Shown here one piece after another: positions 17,493 through 27,094 of a stretch of DNA of 64,000 bases. A program made the position numbers and the translations under genes. The stretch is from an uncultured Chitinophaga sp. GTDB taxonomy: Bacteria > Bacteroidota > Bacteroidia > 2-12-FULL-35-15. The stretch is taken from assembly GCA_964456225.1 (NCBI GenBank), contig CAYWAV010000001.1, forward strand, positions 24,453-88,452, given 5' to 3'. The notes beneath the pieces were generated by a model. That model worked only from the letters and a program-made list of their open reading frames with translations. It did no database searches and had not been told where the DNA came from. Numbering within the stretch: position 1 is the stretch's first letter; the number at the start of each line of letters is the position of its first letter.

Positions 17493-19380
17493 AATTTGTT
17501 TCCTGCTTACTTTTGTCTTTCTCTGTAACTTAGGTTTTTCTCAAGGTTTAGTAGAGCAGGATTTAACCACCAATGCAGTTATAGCTAAAAAGTACAATGA
17601 ATTAAAAGGGAAGTTAAGAACTCCATTTGTTTTAGATACAATTAGCTTGGGCGTAACCGGTTTTTTAGATGATTTTTCTTACTCAAGTTATTATCCGGAT
17701 ACAAATCTTTGGCTGGATAATAAAGTATACATCAACCGAACCTTTGCTAAATCTCCAATTACTATTGGTGTTGCAACATTTGAAGGATTAGATGAAACGG
17801 GCTATCCATACGATTTTACAGCTGGTCCCACCACTTCAGTAGTTGCGGATTATTTGACTTCTAAACCCATAGATTTAGGATTACCTTTAACAGCAAACGA
17901 TTCTATCTATTTGAGTTTTTATTATCAACCTCAAGGAAACGGAAATGCTCCCGAAAGTCAGGATTCACTCGTACTTCAATTTAAACACTCCGTTTCCGGT
18001 TGGAAAAATATAAGAGCAATTAAGGGAAGCACGCTTGCAACAAACGATAGTTCTTGGACTTTAGTGATGATTAAAATCACAGATACAGCTTACTTAAAAG
18101 ATGATTTTCAATTCCGATTTTATAATAGAGCAACCATAAGTGGAAATACAGATCATTGGAATATTGATTACGTGTATTTAAATGAAAACAGAAGCTTTGA
18201 TGACACTGTTTATAATGATGTTTCTTATGTTTATAATGGAACTTCTTTGCTCAAAAATTTCAGGGAAATGCCTTGGAGACAATTTAAAAAATCAGAATTA
18301 AGAGACTCTGTAGATAATTTAATTCGATACAATAACCTAGCTTCTTCACCAACCGTTACTGTTTCATACGGACACGATATCACAGATGTTGTTCCCACAC
18401 TTTTATCCAGTTTTACTGCAGGATCATCCATTGCCTTGTATCCATTTGCAAATACAAATACTTATACAGCTTGTGATTTTGAACCATTTTGTTTAAGAAA
18501 AATTAAAGTAGACACTGCTGTATTTCCTTCTACTTTGTTTGCACCTTGGAGGTTTACTATGAAACAATTTATTGGAGCGTCTAATATAAATTCTCAGAAC
18601 GATACATTAGTAAGCGAACAGAATTTCTATAATCATTATGCATATGATGATGGAACAGCAGAAAATTCATTTGGTTTGAGCACTCTGTACGGACAGTTAG
18701 CAGAAAAATTCACATTGAATGTTGGAGATTCTTTACAATATGTAGATATTTACTTTAATCCATTTTTAGTGAATGCCTCTATTTATACTTTTAATTTGCA
18801 AGTTTGGGGTGAAGGAGCTGGTTATCCCGGCCCCATATTGTATACAGGTACGAATGTAGAAAGTCCAGATTACAGCCAAGTTCAACACAATCAATTTATC
18901 AGATACAAATTGGATGCTCCTTTGTACTTGGGAGCAGGAACAACGTTTTATGTTGGTTTTACGCAAAACACTAATCAGTTTTTATATATAGGTGTAGATA
19001 AAAATACCAATACGCAAAATAAAATATTTTATAATGTTTCAGGTGCTTGGAATACATCTCCTTTTGTTGGTTCATTGATGATGCATCCTGTTTTTGGTAA
19101 ATATTCTGATTTTGTTGCTGGTGTTGATGATGTAGAAATAGAAAAAAATAAGTTGACTGTATATCCGAACCCAGCTAACGATGGTTTGTATGTTTGCAAT
19201 GCTATCAATTTACAAAAAATATCTTTTTCAATTATTGATTTGTTAGGAAAAACGATTATCAGCAAAAATATGGATGTTGATTACATTGATATTTCAATGT
19301 TAGAAAATGGTGTATATTTTATTCAGTTAAGCACTGGAAATAAAATCACGACAACAAAGTTCATTAAAGTAAAACAATAA
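17470..19380 (+). CDS. Secreted protein with a T9SS (Por) type A C-terminal sorting domain
   Basis: The likely start is MMRISIYKICFLLTFVFLCNLGFSQ (a signal peptide) at 17470, not 17293. The C-terminus KLTVYPNPANDGLYV...IIDLLGKTIIS...LENGVYFIQLSTGNKITTTKFIKV is a typical T9SS CTD. Confidence 0.8.
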   Translation: MMRISIYKICFLLTFVFLCNLGFSQGLVEQDLTTNAVIAKKYNELKGKLRTPFVLDTISLGVTGFLDDFSYSSYYPDTNLWLDNKVYINRTFAKSPITIGVATFEGLDETGYPYDFTAGPTTSVVADYLTSKPIDLGLPLTANDSIYLSFYYQPQGNGNAPESQDSLVLQFKHSVSGWKNIRAIKGSTLATNDSSWTLVMIKITDTAYLKDDFQFRFYNRATISGNTDHWNIDYVYLNENRSFDDTVYNDVSYVYNGTSLLKNFREMPWRQFKKSELRDSVDNLIRYNNLASSPTVTVSYGHDITDVVPTLLSSFTAGSSIALYPFANTNTYTACDFEPFCLRKIKVDTAVFPSTLFAPWRFTMKQFIGASNINSQNDTLVSEQNFYNHYAYDDGTAENSFGLSTLYGQLAEKFTLNVGDSLQYVDIYFNPFLVNASIYTFNLQVWGEGAGYPGPILYTGTNVESPDYSQVQHNQFIRYKLDAPLYLGAGTTFYVGFTQNTNQFLYIGVDKNTNTQNKIFYNVSGAWNTSPFVGSLMMHPVFGKYSDFVAGVDDVEIEKNKLTVYPNPANDGLYVCNAINLQKISFSIIDLLGKTIISKNMDVDYIDISMLENGVYFIQLSTGNKITTTKFIKVKQ

Positions 19381-19394
19381 ATTTTTATATCCTG

Positions 19395-20486
19395 ATGATT
19401 GACGAAGAAATAGACGCTGCTGAAGATAGCGAAGATCAGGAATTGTACGAACATCTCCGAATAGTTGTAGATAAAGGACAAGGTTTGTTACGCATTGATA
19501 AATTTATAATGAATCGCACAGAAAATGCAACTCGTTCTAAAATTCAACAAGCTGCCGAAAATGGAAACATACTTGTCAATGAAAAAGTTGTAAAATCGAA
19601 TTACAAAGTAAAACCTAACGATGTAATTACTGTAGTTTTTGCTCACCCTCCTCGCGACTTAGAGTTGATTCCTGAAAATATTCCAATCAACATCGTTTAT
19701 GAAGACGATGATCTTGTTATTGTAAATAAAAACCCTGGAATGGTTGTTCATCCGGGTTACGGAAATTATACAGGGACGCTTGTAAATGCCTTGATTTATC
19801 ATTTTAATCAATTGCCGGTAAGCAATTATGCGGGAACAGTTGAAACAACTAAGAAATCGAAAGAACAGGCGATACTCCGTCCTGGTTTGGTGCACCGTAT
19901 AGACAAAAACACTAGTGGAATAATGGTAGTTGCGAAAAGCGAAGTTGCTATGGTGAAATTAGCAAAAGATTTTTTTGATAGAAATTTAGACAGAATTTAT
20001 TATGCTTTGGTGTGGGGTGATTTTGTTGAGGATGAAGGTACTGTAACCGGAAATGTTGGAAGGCACTTAAAAGATAGAAAAAGAATGGATGTTTTTCCGC
20101 CAGATAGTGAAGAAGGCAAGCATGCTGTAACACATTATAAAGTGTTAGAGAGGTTTGGTTATGTTACTTTAATTCAATGCAAATTAGAAACAGGACGTAC
20201 GCACCAAATTCGTGTGCACATGAAATCTATTGGTCATTCTTTATTTAATGATGAAACGTATGGAGGCGATAGAATACTAAAAGGAACAACCTTTGCAAAA
20301 TACAAACAGTTTGTAGATAATTGTTTTGCAATTTTACCTCGTCATGCTTTACATGCTAAATCTTTAGGTTTTAATCATCCCGTAACAGGAAAATATATTC
20401 ACTTCGATTCAGAATTACCGGATGATATGCAAGCAGCAATTAATAAATGGAGAGGCTATTCCGTTTCAATGGCCATTGAAGAATAA
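19395..20486 (+). CDS. rluD: RluA-family 23S rRNA pseudouridine synthase (RluD-like) with an S4 domain
   Basis: 363-aa ORF with GLVHRIDKNTSGIMVVAKS, GRTHQIRVHM and LHAKSLGFNHP. Confidence 0.9.
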   Translation: MIDEEIDAAEDSEDQELYEHLRIVVDKGQGLLRIDKFIMNRTENATRSKIQQAAENGNILVNEKVVKSNYKVKPNDVITVVFAHPPRDLELIPENIPINIVYEDDDLVIVNKNPGMVVHPGYGNYTGTLVNALIYHFNQLPVSNYAGTVETTKKSKEQAILRPGLVHRIDKNTSGIMVVAKSEVAMVKLAKDFFDRNLDRIYYALVWGDFVEDEGTVTGNVGRHLKDRKRMDVFPPDSEEGKHAVTHYKVLERFGYVTLIQCKLETGRTHQIRVHMKSIGHSLFNDETYGGDRILKGTTFAKYKQFVDNCFAILPRHALHAKSLGFNHPVTGKYIHFDSELPDDMQAAINKWRGYSVSMAIEE

Positions 20487-20487
20487 A

Positions 20488-21129
20488 TTACTTCTTTAAT
20501 TTATCTTTAAAAACCTTTTTGAATTTTTCTACTTTTGGTTGAATTACAAATTGGCAATAAGATTCAGAGCCATTCTGATTAAAATAGTTTTGATGATAAT
20601 CGTCCGCCTTATAAAATGGCCCAATCGCGCTAATTTCTGTCACAACTGGTTTTGTCCATGCACCAGAGGCATTTAATTGCTTTTTATAACTTTCAGCTAA
20701 AAGCTTTTGCTCTTCATTGTGGTAATAAATGACCGAACGGTATTGAGTTCCAACATCGTTTCCTTGACGGTTTAATTGTGTAGGGTCATGTGATTGCCAG
20801 AATGCAGCCAACAATTCATCATACGTAATTTTTTTAGGGTCATAAACGATCTGGCACACTTCTGCGTGACCGGTTGTGCCGTTACAGACTTCACGATAAG
20901 CAGGATTTTTAACTGTACCACCTGAAAATCCAGATGAAACGGATTGAACTCCATCTAATATTTGAAATTGAGCTTCTACGCACCAAAAGCATCCTGCTCC
21001 GAAAGTTGCTGTATCCATACTTGAGTTTGATTGGTTATTAGTAATAACAATTTGCTTTTCAGCTTTGATATTCTGTTTGCAGGAAACAAGAATAATACTT
21101 AAGAAAAGAAATATAATTTGTTTGTTCAT
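20488..21129 (-). CDS. msrA: Peptide-methionine (S)-S-oxide reductase MsrA, exported/lipoprotein form
   Basis: 213-aa ORF with a signal plus lipobox-like LVSCKQ and the catalytic block ATFGAGCFWCVEA. Confidence 0.9.
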   Translation of the reverse strand: MNKQIIFLFLSIILVSCKQNIKAEKQIVITNNQSNSSMDTATFGAGCFWCVEAQFQILDGVQSVSSGFSGGTVKNPAYREVCNGTTGHAEVCQIVYDPKKITYDELLAAFWQSHDPTQLNRQGNDVGTQYRSVIYYHNEEQKLLAESYKKQLNASGAWTKPVVTEISAIGPFYKADDYHQNYFNQNGSESYCQFVIQPKVEKFKKVFKDKLKK

Positions 21130-21148
21130 GTGAATAGATACGTAAAAA

Positions 21149-21182
21149 CAAAAAAAGAGGTTTTTTAGAACCTCTTTTTTTT
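21149..21182 (-). terminator. Rho-independent terminator hairpin (potentially bidirectional)
   Basis: AAAAAAAGAGGTTttttagAACCTCTTTTTTTT. The 7-bp stem is flanked by an A-run and a T-run, and it lies directly downstream of the minus-strand gene that ends at 21191. Confidence 0.7.
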
Positions 21183-21190
21183 AGAAAATA

Positions 21191-21529
21191 TTATTTTTTA
21201 GGTGGAGTTGCAGGTGGAGCAGTGGTAGAACTAGCTGATTTTCGCTTGTTTTTCTTAGGTACTCCCTGTTCTGATATCGCCATTCTGGTTCCGCTAGAAG
21301 TATCTGATTTTGATTCAGATTTCGAAGCAGCAGGCGCAGGAGTTGATTTTACCGGTTCTTGTTTGGTTGTTTTAGCCGGTTCTTGTTTGGCATCCTTAGC
21401 ATCAGCTTTAGGCGTCTCTAACTTATCTGCAGTTGTAGCAGCATCTGTTTTTATTTGTTCTTGTGCCATTAAAGAAGAACTAAGAGCAATTCCGGCAGTT
21501 AAGAAAGTAAGTTTTAGTATATTTTTCAT
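21191..21529 (-). CDS. Small secreted Ala/Lys/Pro/Thr-rich protein, function unknown
   Basis: 112-aa ORF with the signal peptide MKNILKLTFLTAGIALSSSLMAQE and a terminator downstream. The rest is low complexity. Confidence 0.6.
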   Translation of the reverse strand: MKNILKLTFLTAGIALSSSLMAQEQIKTDAATTADKLETPKADAKDAKQEPAKTTKQEPVKSTPAPAASKSESKSDTSSGTRMAISEQGVPKKNKRKSASSTTAPPATPPKK

Positions 21530-21600
21530 TTTTTTATGTTTTTATGTTTTTATTAGTATGGTTAAGACAAAGATAATGCCATTATAAGTATTTATTATAA

Positions 21601-23880
21601 TTAGTTCTTTAAAAGTTCCAATGCCTCCTGAATAGTGATGTATTCACCATTAAAGAATGCCAAGATAAACGCATCATCAATACCGATATTCTTAATGAGG
21701 TTCTCTTTTGAAGCCTGAGCAGATGCATAATCAGCAAAAGGACCGACACTATATCTGTTTAAGCCGGTTGGAGTTGTTTCTTTTGAAACTCCTTTTATTT
21801 TTTCAAATTTTGCCAGTTTATCAGCAGGTGGTTCGCTTTTGAAAACACCAACTTGTACTTTAAAAGTGACTAACTTCTTATTCACGGCATTTACTTCCGA
21901 GTTATCCGACCCGGATTCATCAATATCTTCCTTTTTTTGAGGAGTAGCGCCTGCGTCTTTTAAAGAAACACGTTTGCCATCTTTGTAAGCTGTGATAAAT
22001 GCGCCCTGATATCCTTTTAAAAGAAGGTTAACCTTGTGTTTAGCAGCATCTTCAACAGTAGAAAATGAACCACTCATGTATTTGTATAAACCATCGTCAG
22101 TTTTGATTTCAATTAAATCATTAATGTCTTTAAATACATTTTTTGATAAACGGTTTTTATAAGCTCCTAACTGAACTCTTATAACTACAGCTCCACCAGT
22201 AGAGGTTGAGTTTGTATTAGCGTTTGTATTCGTATTTGTAGTGTTTGTATTTGAATTTGTATTGTTAGTTGTGTTGTTAGTGTTAGTGTTTGTGTTAGTG
22301 TTTGTGTTCGAATTGGTATTAGTATTGTTTGAATTAGTATTATTTGCTGTATTATTGCCATTCGTATTGTTTGAATTACTTGTATTGTTGCCATTTTTAG
22401 GATTTGTTGCGCTATAGGCTGGGGCATCGTAAAACTTGCCACCCTGTTTGTAAACAACCTTGGCATTTGTCAACCCTTCATCAATCAATTGTTTTTTACG
22501 CAGCTCAGCATCTAATAAATTGTTGAATTTACCGGCTGTATAAATGGTAGTAGAATCATCTATATTAGTACTTGAAATATCACCAATACTTAAAAATTTA
22601 GTCATTAGCTCAGGTGGAAGTCCCTTTTTAAATGTTCCAACATCAACGCTGTATTCTTTTTGATAAAGAGTGTTATACACTTCTTTTCCGTTATGATCGT
22701 GTCTAACAACAGTTGCAAATGCACCTGTTGAATCCATATAAAATCTATATTGATAATCAATAATAGAATCGTTTAATTGTACACCTTTTACATCAACAAA
22801 TGAGTCCTTAGGAGAATCTAATTCATCATCTTTAAAGTTTGGTACTTCATCATGGTCATCATCTAAAGGACAACCTTTTAAATCTACTGGAACGCCTTCT
22901 GGTGTACCTTGGCAGGAATCATTCGCATCACTAACTCCATCTTTGTCTAAATCGGACAAATCAAGTGCAAAGAAGTCAATATCTTTGAAATAATCTTCAT
23001 CTACTTCATCCGCTCTCTTTTCTTTCATTCCGAAGTTGTAGTGAACAGAAAACGAACTCATCATAAATTTATCGTTACTCTTTTTCCCTGTTCTGTTTCC
23101 TAAACTTTCATTGGACACTCCATCGATATAATCTGTTAAAGTGAAATGCATCGTAGCACCTACCTTAAATGTCCAATAATCATTTATTTTAAAAAGTGCA
23201 CCGGCTCCAACAGGAATGGCCCAGCTACGTTCCGCATATTTTCCAAAACCATCAATATTCAATTCACGAATATCTGATTCATAGGTGTAATCTCTTTTAA
23301 CTTCCACGGCCATAAATGCATTGGGTGCACTTTCGTCAATGTTTCTAGTGGAACCATCTGACCAATAAAAATATTTATTACCGTACTGGTCATATAAGTC
23401 GGTTTTAGAAAGAAACTCAAACGATTCAATTCCAATTGAAATGTAGGGACTCGCATCTCTTTTTTTAGGAAGAAAATGGTCGAAATTATAGGTTAGATTT
23501 ATCCCTCCAGCACGAATTTGAGACTCAAAATTCAAATTTCTGTTGTTGGGCGCATTGCGTTCGTTTGCTCCCAGTTTGCCGAATAACACATAGAAATTAA
23601 ATTGTAAATAGTCATTTAAACGCTGGGATACATTGAGGTCATAGCCAATCCGACTAACCATCGGAGCCTGGAAGTTCTTGTTGTATAAATCACCATAAAA
23701 GGAAAACATTCCTGTACCTAAACCCAGTGCAGGTTTAAAAACAAAACCTTCTTCCAGCTTTTTCTCCCTCGTTTCGGAAGGGGCAGAAGTACTGTCAGAA
23801 AGTGATTTTTCAGCCGTTTGGGAATACAAAACGGATGTTAATAGTAAGAATAATAGAGTAGTTTTTATTCCTTTATTCAT
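21601..23880 (-). CDS. Envelope protein: N-terminal beta-barrel-like domain + thrombospondin type 3 (Ca-binding) repeats + Asn/Thr-rich linker + two SPOR-like domains
   Basis: 759-aa ORF with a signal peptide. TSP3-type repeats are DLDKDGVSDANDSCQGTPEGVPVDLKGCPLDDDHDEVPNFKDDE. SPOR-like segments are VIRVQLGAYKNRLS...GAFITAYKDGKRVSL and FKVQVGVFKSEP...AFILAFFNGEYITIQEAL. Confidence 0.7.
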   Translation of the reverse strand: MNKGIKTTLLFLLLTSVLYSQTAEKSLSDSTSAPSETREKKLEEGFVFKPALGLGTGMFSFYGDLYNKNFQAPMVSRIGYDLNVSQRLNDYLQFNFYVLFGKLGANERNAPNNRNLNFESQIRAGGINLTYNFDHFLPKKRDASPYISIGIESFEFLSKTDLYDQYGNKYFYWSDGSTRNIDESAPNAFMAVEVKRDYTYESDIRELNIDGFGKYAERSWAIPVGAGALFKINDYWTFKVGATMHFTLTDYIDGVSNESLGNRTGKKSNDKFMMSSFSVHYNFGMKEKRADEVDEDYFKDIDFFALDLSDLDKDGVSDANDSCQGTPEGVPVDLKGCPLDDDHDEVPNFKDDELDSPKDSFVDVKGVQLNDSIIDYQYRFYMDSTGAFATVVRHDHNGKEVYNTLYQKEYSVDVGTFKKGLPPELMTKFLSIGDISSTNIDDSTTIYTAGKFNNLLDAELRKKQLIDEGLTNAKVVYKQGGKFYDAPAYSATNPKNGNNTSNSNNTNGNNTANNTNSNNTNTNSNTNTNTNTNTNNTTNNTNSNTNTTNTNTNANTNSTSTGGAVVIRVQLGAYKNRLSKNVFKDINDLIEIKTDDGLYKYMSGSFSTVEDAAKHKVNLLLKGYQGAFITAYKDGKRVSLKDAGATPQKKEDIDESGSDNSEVNAVNKKLVTFKVQVGVFKSEPPADKLAKFEKIKGVSKETTPTGLNRYSVGPFADYASAQASKENLIKNIGIDDAFILAFFNGEYITIQEALELLKN
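22197..22400. repeat. Coding low-complexity tract of about 200 bp, (AAY-ACN)n, encoding an NTNTN... linker
   Basis: Imperfect hexanucleotide periodicity (gtgttagtgtttgtgttagtgtttgtgtt...) is translated as NNTNSNNTNTNSNTNTNTNTNTNNTTNNTNSNTNTTNTNTNANTNSTST. Confidence 0.85.
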
Positions 23881-23951
23881 AATTGCAAATATAAGACAAA
23901 AAACTCAATCTAACCGCGATTAGATTGAGTTTTTAGGACTGTTGAACCTGA

Positions 23952-25436
23952 TTATCTATACCATTTTTGGCTGGAAATCATCAATGCTTCTTGAACGGTA
24001 ATGCGCTTACCACTATTGTATGCAGTTACAAATGGACCTGCAACACCTTTGTTTCTAATTGTTTCTCTTGAATCTCTTGCTTCTTTATAATCGTTGTGAG
24101 AACCTACCGTGTATTTTGTAAATCCGTTTGCCATTTCTGTACTAACGGTGGAGTTAATATTATATCTGGCTGCTAAAGAACTTGCGTCAACAGCTTTGTA
24201 AAGAGCCATAATCTGTACTTTATAGTTTACATTTCCTTGTGGAGTTGGAATGGTGTTGTTCAAAGTATTATTTGTAGATGTTGTGTTAGTGTTATTTGTG
24301 GCTGTTGTATTTGTATTGTTAGTAGCTGTGGTATTAGTCGTATTGGTTGTATTTACAGGATCTGTAGTCGTATTTGTATTAGTTGTATTTGTGTTGGTCA
24401 CAACAGCACCACCACCAATATTAACAGTAGTAGTAGGCAAAATATATTTTTTTGTCTCGTCATTTTCAATGTAAGAGAAAATGCCATCAATATTTTGTGA
24501 CCCGGTTGCTCCTGAAGGAACAGCTACTTTATAGGAAACTCGGAATTCGGTTTGTGACGGCATAGATACCCAAACAAATTTCACTTTTTGTGTTGCACCA
24601 TCAAAACTAAAGGATGCACCATTTAAATCTCCAGCAGTGGCAGTAAATCCTGCGGGTAATGTTTCCATTAGTTTTGCAAACCCTGTTACATTCCCTTTAT
24701 TAATCATGATTTCTACAGTAAAATCTGTACCTACATTTCCAACGGTTCTTGAGCAAACAACTGAAGAAGGCTCTGTATTATTAGGAGTTGAAGTAGTAGG
24801 TGTGGTAGGTTCAACTGTTTTTACAGGTTCCGTTGTGGTTGTTGTGCTATTAACAATAGGTTCTGTTGTAGTTGTGTTGTTTGTTACTACAGGTTCTGTA
24901 GTAGTTGTGGTAGGTTCAACTGTTTTTACAGGTTCCGTTGTGGTTGGTTCAGCAGTAGTGGTTGGTTCAGTAGTAGTGGTTGTGTTTGTCGCAATTGGTT
25001 GTGAAGCTTTATCGCCAACTGTAATAGTTGATGGAGCAATATCTATCGCTTGCTTAACATTGTCGGAAACATAAGAAAATTTACCTGCTATTATTTTATC
25101 TCCGCTTATTCCAGCGGCTACTTTCACTTTGTATTTAATTTTAAATTCTTTATCGGAAGGTAAAGACATCCAAATAAACTTCACTGCTTGATTTGTAAAT
25201 GTGAAAGAGGCTCCGTTATTATCATCCTGAACAGCTGTAAATCCTTCTGGTAAATCTTGTTGCAATTTTGCAAATCCACCTACAGACCCTTTATTAATAA
25301 CTAGTTCTACGGTAAACTCACTATCAGGTTTAACTGATGATGGAATGTTTTGAGTAACAGTAATACCATCAGCAAAGAAAAACTGATATATCAACAATGC
25401 GATAGTGTTGAATAAAAGAGCTGCGTATTTTAACAT
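23952..25436 (-). CDS. Envelope protein with two copies of an unknown domain of about 100 aa, Thr-rich linkers and a C-terminal SPOR domain
   Basis: 494-aa ORF. The internal duplication is FTVELVINKGSVGGFAKLQQDLPEGFTAV...VKFIWMSLPSDKEFKIKYKV versus FTVEIMINKGNVTGFAKLMETLPAGFTAT...VKFVWVSMPSQTEFRVSYKV. The C-terminal YKVQIMALYKAV...GPFVTAYNSGKRITVQEAL is SPOR-like. Confidence 0.65.
   Translation of the reverse strand: MLKYAALLFNTIALLIYQFFFADGITVTQNIPSSVKPDSEFTVELVINKGSVGGFAKLQQDLPEGFTAVQDDNNGASFTFTNQAVKFIWMSLPSDKEFKIKYKVKVAAGISGDKIIAGKFSYVSDNVKQAIDIAPSTITVGDKASQPIATNTTTTTEPTTTAEPTTTEPVKTVEPTTTTTEPVVTNNTTTTEPIVNSTTTTTEPVKTVEPTTPTTSTPNNTEPSSVVCSRTVGNVGTDFTVEIMINKGNVTGFAKLMETLPAGFTATAGDLNGASFSFDGATQKVKFVWVSMPSQTEFRVSYKVAVPSGATGSQNIDGIFSYIENDETKKYILPTTTVNIGGGAVVTNTNTTNTNTTTDPVNTTNTTNTTATNNTNTTATNNTNTTSTNNTLNNTIPTPQGNVNYKVQIMALYKAVDASSLAARYNINSTVSTEMANGFTKYTVGSHNDYKEARDSRETIRNKGVAGPFVTAYNSGKRITVQEALMISSQKWYR
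24250..24400. repeat. Coding (AAY-ACN)n-type low-complexity tract (Asn/Thr linker)
   Basis: Translated as TNTNTTNTNTTTDPVNTTNTTNTTATNNTNTTATNNTNTTSTNN. It includes near-identical 18-nt units. Confidence 0.8.
24803..24946. repeat. Perfect 40-bp direct repeat pair, about 104 bp apart, within the Thr-rich linker
   Basis: GTGGTAGGTTCAACTGTTTTTACAGGTTCCGTTGTGGTTG occurs at 24803-24842 and again at 24907-24946. Both encode TTEPVKTVEPTT. Confidence 0.85.
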
Positions 25437-25466
25437 AAGTATTAGAATTAAGTTTTAATTATTTTA

Positions 25467-26777
25467 TTACTGTTCAAAGAAAAAGTCAATTAAGTCGTTT
25501 AATTTTTCTACGGAAAAATTTGAATCGCCTTCAAAAAACATATCGATAGCATTTGCAATTTCATCTGCTGAAATAAAGCCATCATTGTTTATATCTGCTG
25601 GTTTTAGTGCGTATGGAATATTGTTGGTTGCATTTGGGTTTGTTTTTCTTGCCTCAGTAGATTTAGCTTCTACATCTTTTAGGTAAGTTAAGCTTGGATT
25701 TTCATTAAATAGCTGACTTCTTTCTGTTGCAAGTGAATCAAATTTACTTTGATTATCGGCCAACATTTTATCGGTTTGAGTGATACCATTAACATCAACA
25801 ACAGAACCTTGTTTTGTCATTAGCTCTTTGTCTTTGTAATCAGGTACACCATCTTCATCATTATCATCAGGACAACCACGTCCGTTCACTTTTACGCCTT
25901 TTGGTGTTCCGGGACATCTGTCGTCACCATCATTTACCCCATCTTCATCGGTATCTAATTTATCTAATGCAGAAAAGTCTATTGAGTTATAAATAGGATT
26001 GCTATCATCTTGTTCTTTTCCGAATGTGTATTGTAAGGAGACATTAGCAAAAATATATTTATCATTTTTACCTTCTTTGAAATTATCAACCCAATCAGAA
26101 AGGCTCAAATAATAAGTAGCACCAACATTTACAGAAAGATTGCGCAATACTTTTAAATTAAATCCAACACCAATAGGAATAGCAAGTGTTCCTCTTTGAT
26201 AATTAGTAGTTGAATCGGTTAATTGTGTTTCATAGGTGTAATCTCTTTGGATAATAGAAGCACCAGGAGCCAGAGGATCTGCTTCAGCAATATCGCGAAT
26301 GGTTCCATCACTCCAATAATTGTAGGTGCTGTCATTCTTGTCTTTTAAATCACCATGTGCATCAAATTTCAAATATCCGATACCTGCAAATATATAAGGA
26401 GCAAAAACGCTGTTTCTTTTGAATATTAAATCATTATCAAAATGAAGTACAAGATTTAAATCGCCCTGCATGATGGTTGTTTCGAAATTCAAATTTCTTT
26501 CTTTACTTCTTTCGCTATCTGCAAGTTTTCCATAGATACCATTTAAAGAAACACCAATGTATTTTCCAACCCGTTGTTCTACTGTTAAATTATAACCGAC
26601 TCTGATTCTACTAAAAGAACTGAGGTTTGCACCATTGCCAACATCTCCGTTAAAAGACAATATCCCTGCACCTAAAGCTACTGAAGGTAGTTGCTTTGCT
26701 TTTTCGCTTTTTTGTGCATAAACACAAGCATTTCCAGTAAGCAATAATACAATCAGTAGTGTTTTTTTGTTTTTCAT
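25467..26777 (-). CDS. Envelope protein: beta-barrel-like domain + TSP3 repeats + C-terminal EF-hand/dockerin-like Ca-binding motif; N-terminal paralog of the 21601-23880 gene
   Basis: The likely start is MKNKKTLLIVLLLTGNACVYAQ at 26777. Repeats are DTDEDGVNDGDDRCPGTPKGVKVNGRGCPDDNDEDGVPDYKDKE, followed by DINNDGFISADEIANAID. The barrel region is collinear with the 759-aa protein (NLNFE..., RDYTYE...). Confidence 0.7.
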   Translation of the reverse strand: MKNKKTLLIVLLLTGNACVYAQKSEKAKQLPSVALGAGILSFNGDVGNGANLSSFSRIRVGYNLTVEQRVGKYIGVSLNGIYGKLADSERSKERNLNFETTIMQGDLNLVLHFDNDLIFKRNSVFAPYIFAGIGYLKFDAHGDLKDKNDSTYNYWSDGTIRDIAEADPLAPGASIIQRDYTYETQLTDSTTNYQRGTLAIPIGVGFNLKVLRNLSVNVGATYYLSLSDWVDNFKEGKNDKYIFANVSLQYTFGKEQDDSNPIYNSIDFSALDKLDTDEDGVNDGDDRCPGTPKGVKVNGRGCPDDNDEDGVPDYKDKELMTKQGSVVDVNGITQTDKMLADNQSKFDSLATERSQLFNENPSLTYLKDVEAKSTEARKTNPNATNNIPYALKPADINNDGFISADEIANAIDMFFEGDSNFSVEKLNDLIDFFFEQ

Positions 26778-27094
26778 ATTAGTGCGTTTAGTAATGCATA
26801 CCAAAACCTATTCTAATAAAATATAATGTTTTCAAGCGTTTTAATATTGAATTGAACAAAACTATTGTAGTTTGAACAGCATTTCAAGGACTACAGGTTG
26901 TAATTACAAACATAAGTTTGTTAATAACCGATTAATAGCCTTCTCTTGATCAAGAAAGTTTTTTGTGTTTAAAAATTCCGCCTTCATCTTTTAAATAAGG
27001 CATTTTGGAGGTGTGAGGCTTGGTGTGCGATAAGAAATCAGCAAGGTTATGAACATTTGCTTTTTAATAAACAGGTGTTGTGATTCAGTGGAGA

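Noticed and set aside
21222-21587. 121-aa plus-strand ORF overlapping the 112-aa minus-strand ORF.
   Set aside because: The minus-strand product has a clean signal peptide and is followed by a terminator on its own strand. The plus-strand ORF is a low-complexity shadow.
22197-25010. Possibility that the periodic NT/TTEP repeat tracts are a CRISPR array or a non-coding satellite.
   Set aside because: The units are 6-18 nt or 40 bp without unique spacers. They lie in frame within long ORFs that have flanking domains, and no cas genes are nearby.
24237-25074. Plus-strand ORFs of 87, 74 and 145 aa (Val/Cys/Ser-rich) antisense to the 494-aa SPOR protein gene.
   Set aside because: They are mirror images of the Asn/Thr- and Thr-rich low-complexity coding tracts. 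They have no start context, no recognisable domains and extreme composition. The minus-strand gene has a signal anchor and a SPOR domain.
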